Notes under the pieces: generated by a model
Told to the model about the DNA's origin: nothing
Databases searched by the model: none
The model's input: the letters and a program-made list of their open reading frames with translations, nothing else
Program-made: the position numbers and the translations under genes
Assembly: GCA_964019425.1 (NCBI GenBank)
Contig: OZ025788.1
Location: 124,001-188,000, forward strand
Source: Flectonema sp. DT1601
Lineage: Eukaryota
Length of the DNA stretch: 64,000 nt
Reading direction: 5' to 3'
Part shown: positions 53,114 through 63,408 of the stretch, piece after piece
Position numbering within the stretch: position 1 is the first letter of the stretch
How the letters are laid out: each line of letters starts with the position of its first letter

Positions 53114-53644
53114 TTTTTTTTTTTTTTTTTTTTTTTTTCAAACTTATTCTCCTGAAAAAAAACAATGTATTCTTTTTTGGTGGAAATTTTCTTATTATTA
53201 TTATTATTTTTTTTTTTTTTATACTGGACCGACAGAGTCGGATGAGAAATTATTCAGAATTGACAAAAAACCGTTATTTCGTCATGATTTATTTTTCCCC
53301 CTCTCGTTCAGGCTAATCCGAATAGACGACCTTTATTGTACACATTGTGTGATCCATTCCGAGTAGCCTGGAAGGCTGTTTCAGATTTTGAAATTGGAAC
53401 TTATTGACCAAGAGAATGATTATTAATTATTCAGGGTGTTGATCACATAATTCTCCAATCTAACGTTGTTGAAAAAGTATGAGGACTCATGGTGACTTAA
53501 TCTGTAGCCGTTTCCGAAGAATCAGGATCTCAAACTTTTAAAATGGAAAACGAGCTCTATTGAACGAGGGCTAGGGAGAGCTTCATGAAAGAAAATTGTA
53601 TTTCTTTTTTTTTTAAAAAAAAACCGACAGTGTGAACAAAACCA

Positions 53645-54514
53645 TCATACTTCCCGACCTAGAGTTTCAGGTCTTGGCAGTAATGTGTAGTTATGTTGCT
53701 CTGTACCACATCCATCTATTGTGAGTGTGTTATTATTAATTGTCATTATTGAGAATGAATTACCAGGAGAACTCATTAGCGATGACAGAGTTAAGTAATG
53801 AATTCCATTCAACATCACATAACCACCTTCGTGATAATGACCTGAAAACACTGTATGAACCAATGAAGGATATTTATTTAAAACAGCTACTATAGAGTCT
53901 GCATTCCATGCTTGGTGTGATGGAACTAACGGTCCAATCGGATGATGGGCTGCTATCATAACTTTCTTACGATGCAAGAGATCACCAGCATACTCAACAT
54001 TCAAAATCTCATTCAAAGTATCATCAAGCCATTGAAGTTGTTTACTACAAACCCCTCCGTTGTATGAGACTGCTTTTGGATTGTTTTTTAAAAATTCTTC
54101 TGTTTCTGAATGTTGGTATGTTCCTTTGGGATATCCTCCTCCGCAAACAGATAACTCCGTAGTGTCTAAAATAATCAATTTCCAATCTTGAGATAGGTTG
54201 ATAACTCTGTAATCAGATACAATCGATAAGAGATCTCGTACAGTTTCTCGTTTGTTATTTTTTAAACAGTGGTTTCCAATTACATGCTCAACGTGAATGT
54301 GCTTTGGAATCATACTTGTTACCCTCATCATATCATTTTTTGATTCATTTTCGTCAACGCCTCCGTCAATGGTGTCTCCTAAGTTAATCACTAAATTTAT
54401 TTTATTTTCTTCCCAAATTTTAACTGCTTCAGAAAGTCGATCAAGACTATTTGTCATTGTGTTATCAGAATTCGAAGCGTACTGGATGTCGGCTACTAAT
54501 CCCATCTGAAACAT
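53645..54514 (-). CDS. ADPRM: Mn-dependent ADP-ribose/CDP-alcohol diphosphatase-like metallophosphoesterase
   Basis: ADIQYA, LGDTIDG, GNHC, YNGG, HHP, SGHYHEGG. Confidence 0.88.
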   Translation of the reverse strand: MFQMGLVADIQYASNSDNTMTNSLDRLSEAVKIWEENKINLVINLGDTIDGGVDENESKNDMMRVTSMIPKHIHVEHVIGNHCLKNNKRETVRDLLSIVSDYRVINLSQDWKLIILDTTELSVCGGGYPKGTYQHSETEEFLKNNPKAVSYNGGVCSKQLQWLDDTLNEILNVEYAGDLLHRKKVMIAAHHPIGPLVPSHQAWNADSIVAVLNKYPSLVHTVFSGHYHEGGYVMLNGIHYLTLSSLMSSPGNSFSIMTINNNTLTIDGCGTEQHNYTLLPRPETLGREV

Positions 54515-55818
54515 ATTCTTATTTTTTTTTATTTTTATTTTATTTTATTTTTTTTTTTTTTTTTAAATGTGTGCCTTTATCAATGAAAAGTACACTAATA
54601 AATAATAAAGACGAATCTAAAAAAAAACTATCCTTTTTTTAATGTTTCTTACGTGTCACTTTACGACTGTATTGGACACTATAGCAGCAAACAGCGTTTT
54701 TATTTTTATTTTTTTTTGTGTGTGTGTTGTGTCTTTTTTTTTCTTCAAGTTTATTATTTATTAAACAATAAAGCTACTTTCAACACAACAAATAAAAAAT
54801 AAGTAGAAGTACGGAACAGAATTTCTCACTCGATAAGACAGATCGTTAATTTAGAAGAAAAACAGTGAAAAAAAAAAAAAAAGAATTGCGCTTAAGCTTG
54901 TGTGAGACCCTACAATGAGGCCTTTGTCTCATCAGCCATAGCTACAAACAAAACACAATAGATGAAAACTTACGGGAGGAAGTAAAAAACGATACTTAGA
55001 AAGAACCAAAGTGAAGGGGAAGGGTTTCTGTTTTTCTCTCTTCGCTGTCGCCAAACAGCCCCACTATCTCATACTAGAAAGCGGTCTGTTCTCTCTCTTA
55101 GGTTACCCTCCAGGACACCAACCAAAAGCTGATAAGAGCTATCGGACAGAACTATGATTCGACTTGAAGAAAAAAAACCTGCTCCCAAACTACCCAAAAG
55201 ATCCTTTTTTGAATGACAGAATGTTTAAAAAAAAGATCAGAATGCGAGGGATAAAACAGATCTATCAACCACAAGAGGCGTGGTTACTCATCTAGTTCGA
55301 TTCCCTCTCGTGTCTTTTTTTTTTTTTAATTTATTTTTATGTTTTTATGTTTTTATGTTTCTATGCCTTTTTTTTTTTTTAATCGAACAATTCGCTCATG
55401 CAGTAAGGAACAAACGCCTCTTTGCTCGTGCTCATGCGGAACTCAGCCACAACTTACAAAAAGGGTGTTTTGGGCTGAACGAGAACAAACTGTGAAACAC
55501 GAATAATATACAAGGGACTGAATGGGGAAATTCTTGTCAAAGAGTAATATTCTGACAATATAAAAAATCAGTATTACCACTTGTACTTGTCCCATAAATA
55601 GTTCAATATTAGTATTAGTAAGTAGTTAGTTTTATAAATAAAAATAAAAAAAATTAAAAATTAAAAATTAAAAATTAAAAAAAAACGTTTTTTTCCCGGG
55701 ATTTTTTTAAAAAAAAAAAGGGACTTTCTCGTTTTGCCTACATAAAAAAAAAAAAAAAAAAATAGGCGATAGAAGTATGTAATGACATGATGTTGGATTC
55801 ACACGTATTCACACGTAT

Positions 55819-56568
55819 TCAAAGGGTTTCAGTATCAGAAGGGAAACTTGCCATAGGAGATGAATCACTATGTTTTTGTTTAACAAGACAACCAATGCAG
55901 TAGTCATCAAGTATTGTTCTAGCTCTAACTGAATGTCTTAATTTTTCGAAAGGAGCAGTAGCATCAGTTCCAGCCCGAGAGAGGAGGATTTGAGCTCCTC
56001 CTGGATGAAGCTTAACGTAATTTGTTACATCGTAAACATTTCCGTTAATCACAATCCAACAGTCCTCTGATGACTTGTGTTCACTAACATCAGATGGTGA
56101 GTAGGTTCGAGATAGTTTGATGCAACCTCCCCTTTGAAGTTTTAATTGAGCCATTGCTACTTTAAGTTCATCTTTTGTTTTTATTTCTGTACTATTAATA
56201 TCTATAAGACGAAGACCTGGTTCTACTCCTGCCGTCCACGCAGGAGTTCGAAATGTTACTTTTTCCACTAATATACTCGCACCATCTCCTTTCCAACGGA
56301 TACCAATATTGTCGTCATCGTCACCTAATTTAACATGAGCGTTTAGGTATCTTTTTATTTTTAACATTACTGGATCGTGTGAATCATAGGATAATTGCAG
56401 TCCCAAAGTATTTTCCATCTCACTCTCTGGAATTCTCTTCGCTGATTTCTCTAATGATGAATCTCTTGATGGTATTTTCTCACTTTTTATAATTGCCTTC
56501 TTCGATGATTTTAACTGTCTTGTTTTGGGAGATATCGTAGATTTTGGTGGTTGGGCGCAATTACCCAT
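55819..56568 (-). CDS. N-acylated PDZ-like plus cytochrome b5 heme-binding domain protein
   Basis: MGNC N-terminus; IGIRW..ILVEKV..TPAWTAGVEPGLRLIDINS (PDZ-like); WIVINGNVYDVT..HPGG..GTDAT..HS (cytochrome b5). Confidence 0.88.
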   Translation of the reverse strand: MGNCAQPPKSTISPKTRQLKSSKKAIIKSEKIPSRDSSLEKSAKRIPESEMENTLGLQLSYDSHDPVMLKIKRYLNAHVKLGDDDDNIGIRWKGDGASILVEKVTFRTPAWTAGVEPGLRLIDINSTEIKTKDELKVAMAQLKLQRGGCIKLSRTYSPSDVSEHKSSEDCWIVINGNVYDVTNYVKLHPGGAQILLSRAGTDATAPFEKLRHSVRARTILDDYCIGCLVKQKHSDSSPMASFPSDTETL

Positions 56569-56932
56569 ATTTTTGTTTTGTTTTTTGTTGTTTTTTTTCT
56601 TTTTTTTCTTTTTTTTTTATGGGGAGTGAAACTTTTTCGGCGAAAATAAAAAAAAAAATAAAATAATAATTACAAACTTCTTTTTTAGGGTATTAATACG
56701 AAATTAATATCAAAGTACTTTTGACCGGGGAAAAAAAACAAAATTAGTTCTTATTTTGCTTCTACCATGCTGTGAAGATGAGGAAAGGGGGAAAAATAAC
56801 AATTAAATAAATAACAACAAAAACAATTACAATATTATAATCTAAAATACAACAGCAAAGCTGACTAACAAAAACTAACTAACTAAGACAAAAAGAAATA
56901 CTAATGAAGAGAGATGTCACTAATAAGACACA

Positions 56933-58591
56933 TTAGGGTTGTTCTCTTTTGGATGACCGACTGCTGCAGACACTCAGTTCAGATTGTAATTTTGATATTT
57001 CTTTTTTCAGACAGCAAGTTATGTGAGATTTTAAACTTTCAGGAATCGAAGAAACAGAAGAACCGTTTGAGGTAGGAACAGAACTTCTGGAGTAGGACGA
57101 CTCTGAAGACTGACTCCGAGAAGGTGGATTAAACTCCACATCAAACTGATGCAGTTCATTTCGTTCCACAGCAATGTTATCCCGTTCTTTTTGTAGTAGT
57201 TCTGCAGATCGTTCCTTTGCTGCCTCAGCTTCTCTAATAAAATGTTTATTCACTGCTGCAAGAGCCTGAGCAGCATCCAATTCCAATCGAAGTCTGCTGT
57301 TCTCACCCTTCAGAGATTTGACATCAGAAAGACTACTTCTTCTGCTATCAATTGAATTAGAATGAATTGACTGTGACTGGAAACTTGGAATAGAAGTAAC
57401 ACACGTTGATGATTGGGATAAATGCTGAGATGAAGGTCTGCCGTATAACTGAACACCACACACACTTGGTGCCGAAGGAATGCCTTCTGATGATCGACGT
57501 GATGAAGGAACAGAAGCATCACACTCAGATGACGGATTAGAAGGTACGGCATACGGAAACATATTTACAGATCGAACACCACACACACTTGGTGCCGAAG
57601 TAATGCCTTCTGATGATCGACGTGAAGAAGGAACACCAAACGGAAACGTATTTATAGATTGAACACCACACACACTTGGTGCTGAAGTAATGTCTGCTGA
57701 TGAAGGAACACCAAACGGAAACATATTTTCTGACTGCAATCCTCCGATTGCTGGAGCTGATGTAACGCTGGTTTCACTTTCCCACAAAGGAACCGATGTG
57801 ACTGACCGACTGTTACTACACGTCGGAGCAGAGCTCACACTGTCATCACAACTACCTTTTGATGCTGACGGCAATGTAATATCATCCGATAATTGTTTTT
57901 CAGGTATCCCTTTGCTAATAGTACTTTTTATTAACGAAGAGGATACCTCCATAGATTCAATCATTGATTTATAAAGTTTATTTTTATCTTTCGCAAGAAG
58001 AAGTTGTTCCTTCATATCATCATAATTGACAAGTTGCTCTTCAAGTTCACTAATTCGTCGGGTTAGTTGTGTAGTGATCATTGCAAGCGGTTTACTTACA
58101 GGTTCTAGTTGGGAATTCAGTTCTGCAGGTCTCTCGGTTGTCGGATTGTATTTGTGTTGTTCTTGTAAGGTTTTATTATTCATTTCGAGTTCATGGATTC
58201 TGCTTGTTAATGCCTTTGTGTGGGAAAGGTGGTGACTTTCTACAGTATTAAGTTTCTGCTTTAGAATTAAGTTCTCATGTTTTAGTTCCTCGTATTGTGG
58301 TAGGACTACTTTTAAAGTGCTTGAATCACTCTGAAGTTGGCGATTTTCGACAAGAACTTCAGAGTGTTCTTCAATCAGTTTACAGTTTCCTGCACGTTCA
58401 GCTGCGAGTTCAGCTTCTGTTTGTCTTCGCAGTCGTTCTCCGACGCCACTGAAAGCTGCATTTCGAGCTGCGCATCTGGTTGAATTTACAGCTCGTATCT
58501 CTGCTCCTGCCAGGGCTCGGAGATCTTCAGCTATGGCTTCCATGTCTGACCCAATCTGGTCGCTTATTGGGACTATACATTGTTCAGTCAT
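56933..58591 (-). CDS. Hypothetical coiled-coil/Ser-rich protein with internal (I/V)(T/P)SAP..GVQS..FPFGVPS repeats
   Basis: Likely start MTEQCIV at 58591; the track's N-terminus runs through AT-rich spacer. Four DNA-level related units at ~57440-57770. Confidence 0.8.
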   Translation of the reverse strand: MTEQCIVPISDQIGSDMEAIAEDLRALAGAEIRAVNSTRCAARNAAFSGVGERLRRQTEAELAAERAGNCKLIEEHSEVLVENRQLQSDSSTLKVVLPQYEELKHENLILKQKLNTVESHHLSHTKALTSRIHELEMNNKTLQEQHKYNPTTERPAELNSQLEPVSKPLAMITTQLTRRISELEEQLVNYDDMKEQLLLAKDKNKLYKSMIESMEVSSSLIKSTISKGIPEKQLSDDITLPSASKGSCDDSVSSAPTCSNSRSVTSVPLWESETSVTSAPAIGGLQSENMFPFGVPSSADITSAPSVCGVQSINTFPFGVPSSRRSSEGITSAPSVCGVRSVNMFPYAVPSNPSSECDASVPSSRRSSEGIPSAPSVCGVQLYGRPSSQHLSQSSTCVTSIPSFQSQSIHSNSIDSRRSSLSDVKSLKGENSRLRLELDAAQALAAVNKHFIREAEAAKERSAELLQKERDNIAVERNELHQFDVEFNPPSRSQSSESSYSRSSVPTSNGSSVSSIPESLKSHITCCLKKEISKLQSELSVCSSRSSKREQP

Positions 58592-58947
58592 GGTTGTTTT
58601 GAATCCCCCTCTCTGAATCCCTTTATTTTTTTCTTTTTTAAAAAAAAATATGACGTGCAACGAAATAAATAACAGAAATTTTAAATAAATAAAAAATTTT
58701 CCATCCATTGCCAACAATAAGATAGCCGTGTCGGGTGGGTGTGAGGCCAATAATTTCTTTTTTATTTTTTATTTCTATTTTTTTTTTTTATTGTTCTTTT
58801 TTTACTCCCGTATTCAGGAGAAAAGATTTGCTTAGCCTGTATCGTCTGTGTCTCTTCAGTTTTTATTTCGTTTTTTTATTTTTCCCTGGTTTTCCTTGTT
58901 TTCCTTGTTTCTCTCACTGGGTACAATTATCCATTCCAACGCCGTTA

Positions 58948-59798
58948 TTACTTGGTAGATAATATTTTGTCAATTAGCTCATCACCATGCCTGTTGTAGG
59001 TTATTTTTTTTTTTTTTTAAATTCTTTTTATTTGATTTTTTTTAAAACAAAACGTGAAGTTGCATACTTTTCCCTCTGTTCAGTAATCAGCTCATTCCAA
59101 AACTTCTCCTTTTCAGCTGGCTGTGGTGCACCATCCAGATGAGCACTAAACGCTTTGTATGCACCCTGTGAAGAATTTTTTGTTTGATGTTGTTGTTATG
59201 ATTTTTTTTTTTTTTTGTGCTAAAGAATGTAAAAACATACGGCTTCGGCATCCCAAACCCTCATCTCACTCACTTCGTGGGGGATGTTAATTTTTTTTCC
59301 AGTATCTTCGTTGGTGACAATCCATTTGTCAGCTTGTTCTGGAGGGGTTGGTAGTGCTACGGTGTCATAGAGTCGCGTGACGACACCTGCTTGAAGGATT
59401 CTTCTAAAGGCAGCTTCGCAGTTAGGTTTATCAACCATTTCTTTCCATGCTTTGAATTTTGCTGATCTATAGCTTGCAGCAGCGTCTTCACCCATCCACC
59501 CTAACATGAATCCAGTATCATCAAATTTATATTCAATCATTTGAGCAGGAGATAAATCGTCTAACATTATTTTGCATGCTTCTTCGATAACAATAACTTC
59601 AGGTTTACCTCCATCACAGTGAACGATGTGTTGAATTTTTATATCATCTAATTCGCAAAGAACACCTGCAACTGTTCCGGATTTCAACTTTGGTACAAAT
59701 TTTGAGTAAATATCAACACGATCTGGTGATACATCCTGCACTTCCAGTGGTTTTGCATCTTCCGGGTATGCCATCGCTAATAGAGATTTGTGATCCAT
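58948..59798 (-). CDS. Globular-looking hypothetical protein; exons 59798-59241, 59165-59068, 58990-58948 (232 aa)
   Basis: Two GT-AG introns (gcc|GTATGT...ttcacAG|ggt; aa|GTATGC...acaacAG|g) give VWDAEA|GAYKAF...EQREK|HGDELIDKILSTK*. Confidence 0.82.
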
Positions 59799-60039
59799 AA
59801 TTGAAGAGATATGGAATAGTGCTTTTTAATAAAAATAATAATAATAAATAATGGATGGAAAGATCAGTTCGAAATAATAAAAATGCATCAACCAATAAAC
59901 TCTACTTTAACTCATTAAGCACGCCCCCACCTGAAGAACTAGGGATTAAACCAGATCTACAGTACAACTCAAATACAAGACCTCACATCCATCATATGTG
60001 GGTACTATGTGATAGACTTCTTCAGATCCGTACATGATG

Positions 60040-60410
60040 CGGACTCCTACTACTTAATAAACACGGGGGGTCACCTGATGAGAATGAAAAACATAATAAG
60101 AGGCACTGGTATACTAGAATGGCTGGTCTCGAAGTTATGCGACACGGAATTGCATCTTCCGGTCCTTCTTTGTGAAGCCGGAGGGTTGACTGCCCGATAT
60201 CCGAAAGACATGCTGGGGGCTTCAGAAATAAGAATTACACAATTCAGAGAGTTCCCACCCCGCTGAGAGACAAAGGCGTACAACTACGGTACGCATCAGA
60301 ATAGGAACAATTGGATCTGTCATGGAAGAAGCAAAGATTTCAGAGAAGGAACTCAGTCTGCCATTTATGTTTGCTACGAGGAACTTACATTCCCTCGCTG
60401 GCTTCATATG
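60040..60410 (+). mobile_element. Decayed non-LTR retrotransposon 3' fragment, copy 1
   Basis: EAGGLTARYPKDMLGASEIRITQFR and VRIRIGTIGSVMEEAKISEKELSLPFMFATRNL are homologous to copy 2. Confidence 0.6.
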
Positions 60411-60709
60411 GCATAGAACAATGGAAAAGTGACGAAGGAGGGTCCCGTTTCGCGGAGGGAGGGCGGCCGACTCCCAGAATACGGAAAAGGAACGGGGTCG
60501 TCAGGCGGCCGAGAGTCAGAGGAAGGAGAAGACGCGAGGATGGAGGGCCGAGGCGAGCACAGTCCACATCCAATCCGAGGGCGGCCGTAGGCGGGAATCC
60601 TGGAGCTGAGCTCAGAAGGGTTGGAGACGACGATAGATCCTCCCCTTTTATGTACCATTTTGAGTGCTGTCATTAGCACGGTGAGATGACGAGGCACTGG
60701 TTCGGCCAA

Positions 60710-61540
60710 CCTAAGTTAACCCCTTCCCTTTCCGGGTTTCCTCTGCTTTCGGTTTCATTTGCTTTGTGAAACCCAACTTAAGAAGCGATGTGCTGGTTTG
60801 CATATCATGCTTCGTCGGCTGCTTCGTCCTCCTCATCAACGTCCTTATAATTGGCCCGTGATGCTTTTTGTTGCAGCATTTCGTGGCAGTCCGTTGTTCC
60901 GGATCCGGATTCCGCTTGCAGTCGTTGCAGGGAGCCATCTCATGGTGACAGCATCGGTGGTGCCTGTTTCTGCAACATTGCTCAGATCCTCTGCCGATCA
61001 CTATGCAGACTGCACATGGAGTAAGCTTGTGCTTGCTGCAAAAGTCCCATATCGGTCTTTGCCCTCTTCATCCCCCAGAGTGTGATGGTTGTGACAGCAC
61101 TGGTAGATGGTGTTTCCGGTCCGTCGACAACTACCGCACTTCTTCTTGAAGTGTCCGTAGCACGTCGAGTTCATCATTCCGCGATGCCCGTCTCAGAGCT
61201 CCCTCCTCAGCTGTACGTCTTTTTCCTTTGATGGGAAAAGTCGTGCCGCGGTTATCCATTTCTCCACTCCCCCTTCCCTCTCGCCCGAGTGCCTACACTC
61301 AGTCTCGAAGCCGAATCTGGTCAGCTTTTCCGTCGTTCGCCTCCTGGACCGTCCTCCGAATTGTGTCTACTGTTTCGTCTCCATCAGAAAAGCCGGTCGT
61401 TTCTTCAAACCTTTCAGTACTGGGGCTCCTAGTGGACGTAAGGCTTTGTTGCTTCCTACGCAGTAGTCGGGAAAGGTTCTTCGTTTCTCGCCTTCTAAAT
61501 GTTTGTGAACCAAGTTCAATCTTAGCATCAGTCCACATGA
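60710..61540 (-). mobile_element. Decayed GC-rich ORF with three Cys/His motifs (gag/ORF1-like relic)
   Basis: Markedly higher GC than the surrounding spacers; stops and frameshifts; three C-x2-H-x4-C-x2-C-x9..13-CC-x2..3-HH units. Confidence 0.5.
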
Positions 61541-61599
61541 CGTCAGCTTTCTTCCCGGCGGGTGCACTTCGCTACGTGGAGGGTTCTGCAAGGGCGAAA

Positions 61600-61995
61600 C
61601 CACTGATCAAACGGGTGATGTTCAGGCAATATCTCGAAGCTACCGGAGGCCTGAGAGCGGCTTGATACCCCAAGGACATGCTGAGAGAATCAGAAATAAG
61701 GATAGCCAGATTCAGATCGGGCTGCTCAGGGTAAATGAACTACCGATAAAGTGCCCCTTCTGCAAAAGAACAAACTCCTCTGCCGACATCTAATATTTGA
61801 TTGCGGGGATGGTGACGTGGTCCGCATTAGAGAAGGAATAATTGGATCGAACATTCGGAAGCGAGAATCCCTGAGACTGAACTATGTCTTTCACTGATGT
61901 TTGCGACAAGAAATCTTTCACGCCCTAGCCGGCTACTTATGGCATTTGGAACAACGGACAGGTTTATTAAACTGTTGACTGATGGTAGTTGCTAA
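61600..61995 (+). mobile_element. Decayed non-LTR retrotransposon 3' fragment, copy 2, with C-terminal CCHC finger
   Basis: YLEATGGLRAA*YPKDMLRESEIRIARFRSGCS then, across frameshifts, CPFC-x8-HLIFDC. This resembles the RTG/CCHC C-terminus of Ingi/I-group LINEs. Confidence 0.7.
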
Positions 61996-62304
61996 ATCAT
62001 TAGTATCATTCTCCTCCTTAATCATCTCCTAATTTCTCTGAGGACATCCGCAGAGCTCCATGGCTCCACTGGTCTTTGGCCACCGTCCCTCGTACTGATC
62101 CTTCGCTTTATATTAACTGTGTCTTGAGATTCCACACCTACTACAAGTAACAGGTAGAGTCAGACGTCCACTGAAGCGGGTGGGTGAAAGGACAGCTAAT
62201 GCTGGAATTGACCAAAGAAAAAAAGGGGGGGAAAAAAGATACCAGAAATCTTGGTTTCTTTCTTTTTCTTTCAATAAGTAGAATTAGCCTTTTTTTGAGA
62301 AAAG

Positions 62305-62376
62305 GGCTGTTTAGCTCAGTGGTAGAGCACTGCTCCCGTAAAGCAGGGGTCGGGAGTTCGATCCTCCCAGCGGCCT
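62305..62376 (+). tRNA. tRNA-Thr(CGU) with atypical C33
   Basis: Cloverleaf GGCTGTT/AGCGGCC+T, D arm GCTC/GAGC, anticodon arm CTGCT-CCCGTAA-AGCAG, T arm GGGAG-TTCGATC-CTCCC; followed by a T-run. Confidence 0.95.
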
Positions 62377-62381
62377 TTTTT
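62377..62381 (+). terminator. Pol III oligo-T terminator
   Basis: T-run immediately after the tRNA discriminator base. Confidence 0.75.
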
Positions 62382-62494
62382 CTTTCCTTTTCTAATTTTC
62401 CATTGCCTGTATGCAAAATGATAATAATAATGAAGCACACAATATGTACACATGATGCAATGTGTAAATGCAACAAATACAAATGCAGAGCTAA

Positions 62495-63408
62495 TCATTT
62501 TGTCAGCCGGGAAAAGGATGGTTTGACGTGTGCAATGGGCGGCAACATTGCACCTCCAACTGAATCAGGTCGTGGGCTGTCAAAAACTGGCACAGAGAAC
62601 GGGATATGAGATGGTTCAAAGCCTGCAAAATTAGACAGTGATTCTCTTTTACTTTCACGCAATGATTCTCTCCTTTGTGTTTCGGCTCTGATATTCTTCA
62701 ATGAGTTAAGCCTACCATTCGATGAGAAGGATGCCTTCCGAAGCCAACTTCTGTTATTGAGGTCTGTTTCCTGAGCTCTGCTTGCTGTTCGCTTTCGTTC
62801 TGTGTTCCCGCTCTCTGACATTTTACGAGAAAATCGCCTGCTAAGTCTTCTCTCCGGATTATTTGCTCTGCCCGGTGATGGAACCGATTCATTCGATATG
62901 TCGTCGCAGAAGTTAGGCACCCTCTCTCTTCTGAGGCTTCCGACAGAGGCAACCGATAATCTTTTGCTTTGGAAGGATCGGTTTGAAGAGATTGATGTCC
63001 TGCTTCTTTTTAGTTTTTTTGCTATCTCAATCAATGTCTCTGTGTTTTTTTCAGATGGGCTTGGGTCGAAACGCGGTTCCAAGCCAATTAATGCATCCCT
63101 TTCATTCAGCAAATCACTCAGTTCTTCCAATACAGACACCAGAGACTCATTTACCCCACTGTCAGGTTCACCGTCATTCCTCAGTTGTTCTCGAGCACGA
63201 CGCTTAGCTTCCATCTCGACCTTGCACACCAAAGCTCGTTTCTTTACCAAAACTATCTGCAGTGTTAGGTTGGTCTTTTCCTTGTGCCAGTCAGAGAACT
63301 CTCTGTGGAATCGTCGCCTTTCGATATCATAAAGTTCTGCAAGGCACCTGTGACGAAGTGCAGGTTCAGGGACAACTAACTCCTCCTCAATTAGACGCTT
63401 AATTTCAC
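62495..63408 (-). CDS. Terminal exon of a hypothetical basic/Ser-rich protein (upstream exons not identified)
   Basis: The frame is open from the acceptor atacaaacAG at 63409 (GEIKRLIEEELVVPEPALRHRC...) to the stop at 62495. Confidence 0.75.

Noticed and set aside
62000..62220. Divergent snRNA/7SL gene upstream of the tRNA, as in trypanosomatids, or an HDV-like ribozyme
   Set aside because: No U6 ACAGAG box, Sm site, SRP helix-8 motif or complete HDV pairing found by eye; only a small hairpin. An Infernal search is needed to exclude it fully.
63240..63408. Loose resemblance of this exon's N-terminus to the C-terminal part of the 3258-5048 protein
   Set aside because: Similarity is only compositional by eye and cannot be supported without alignment statistics.
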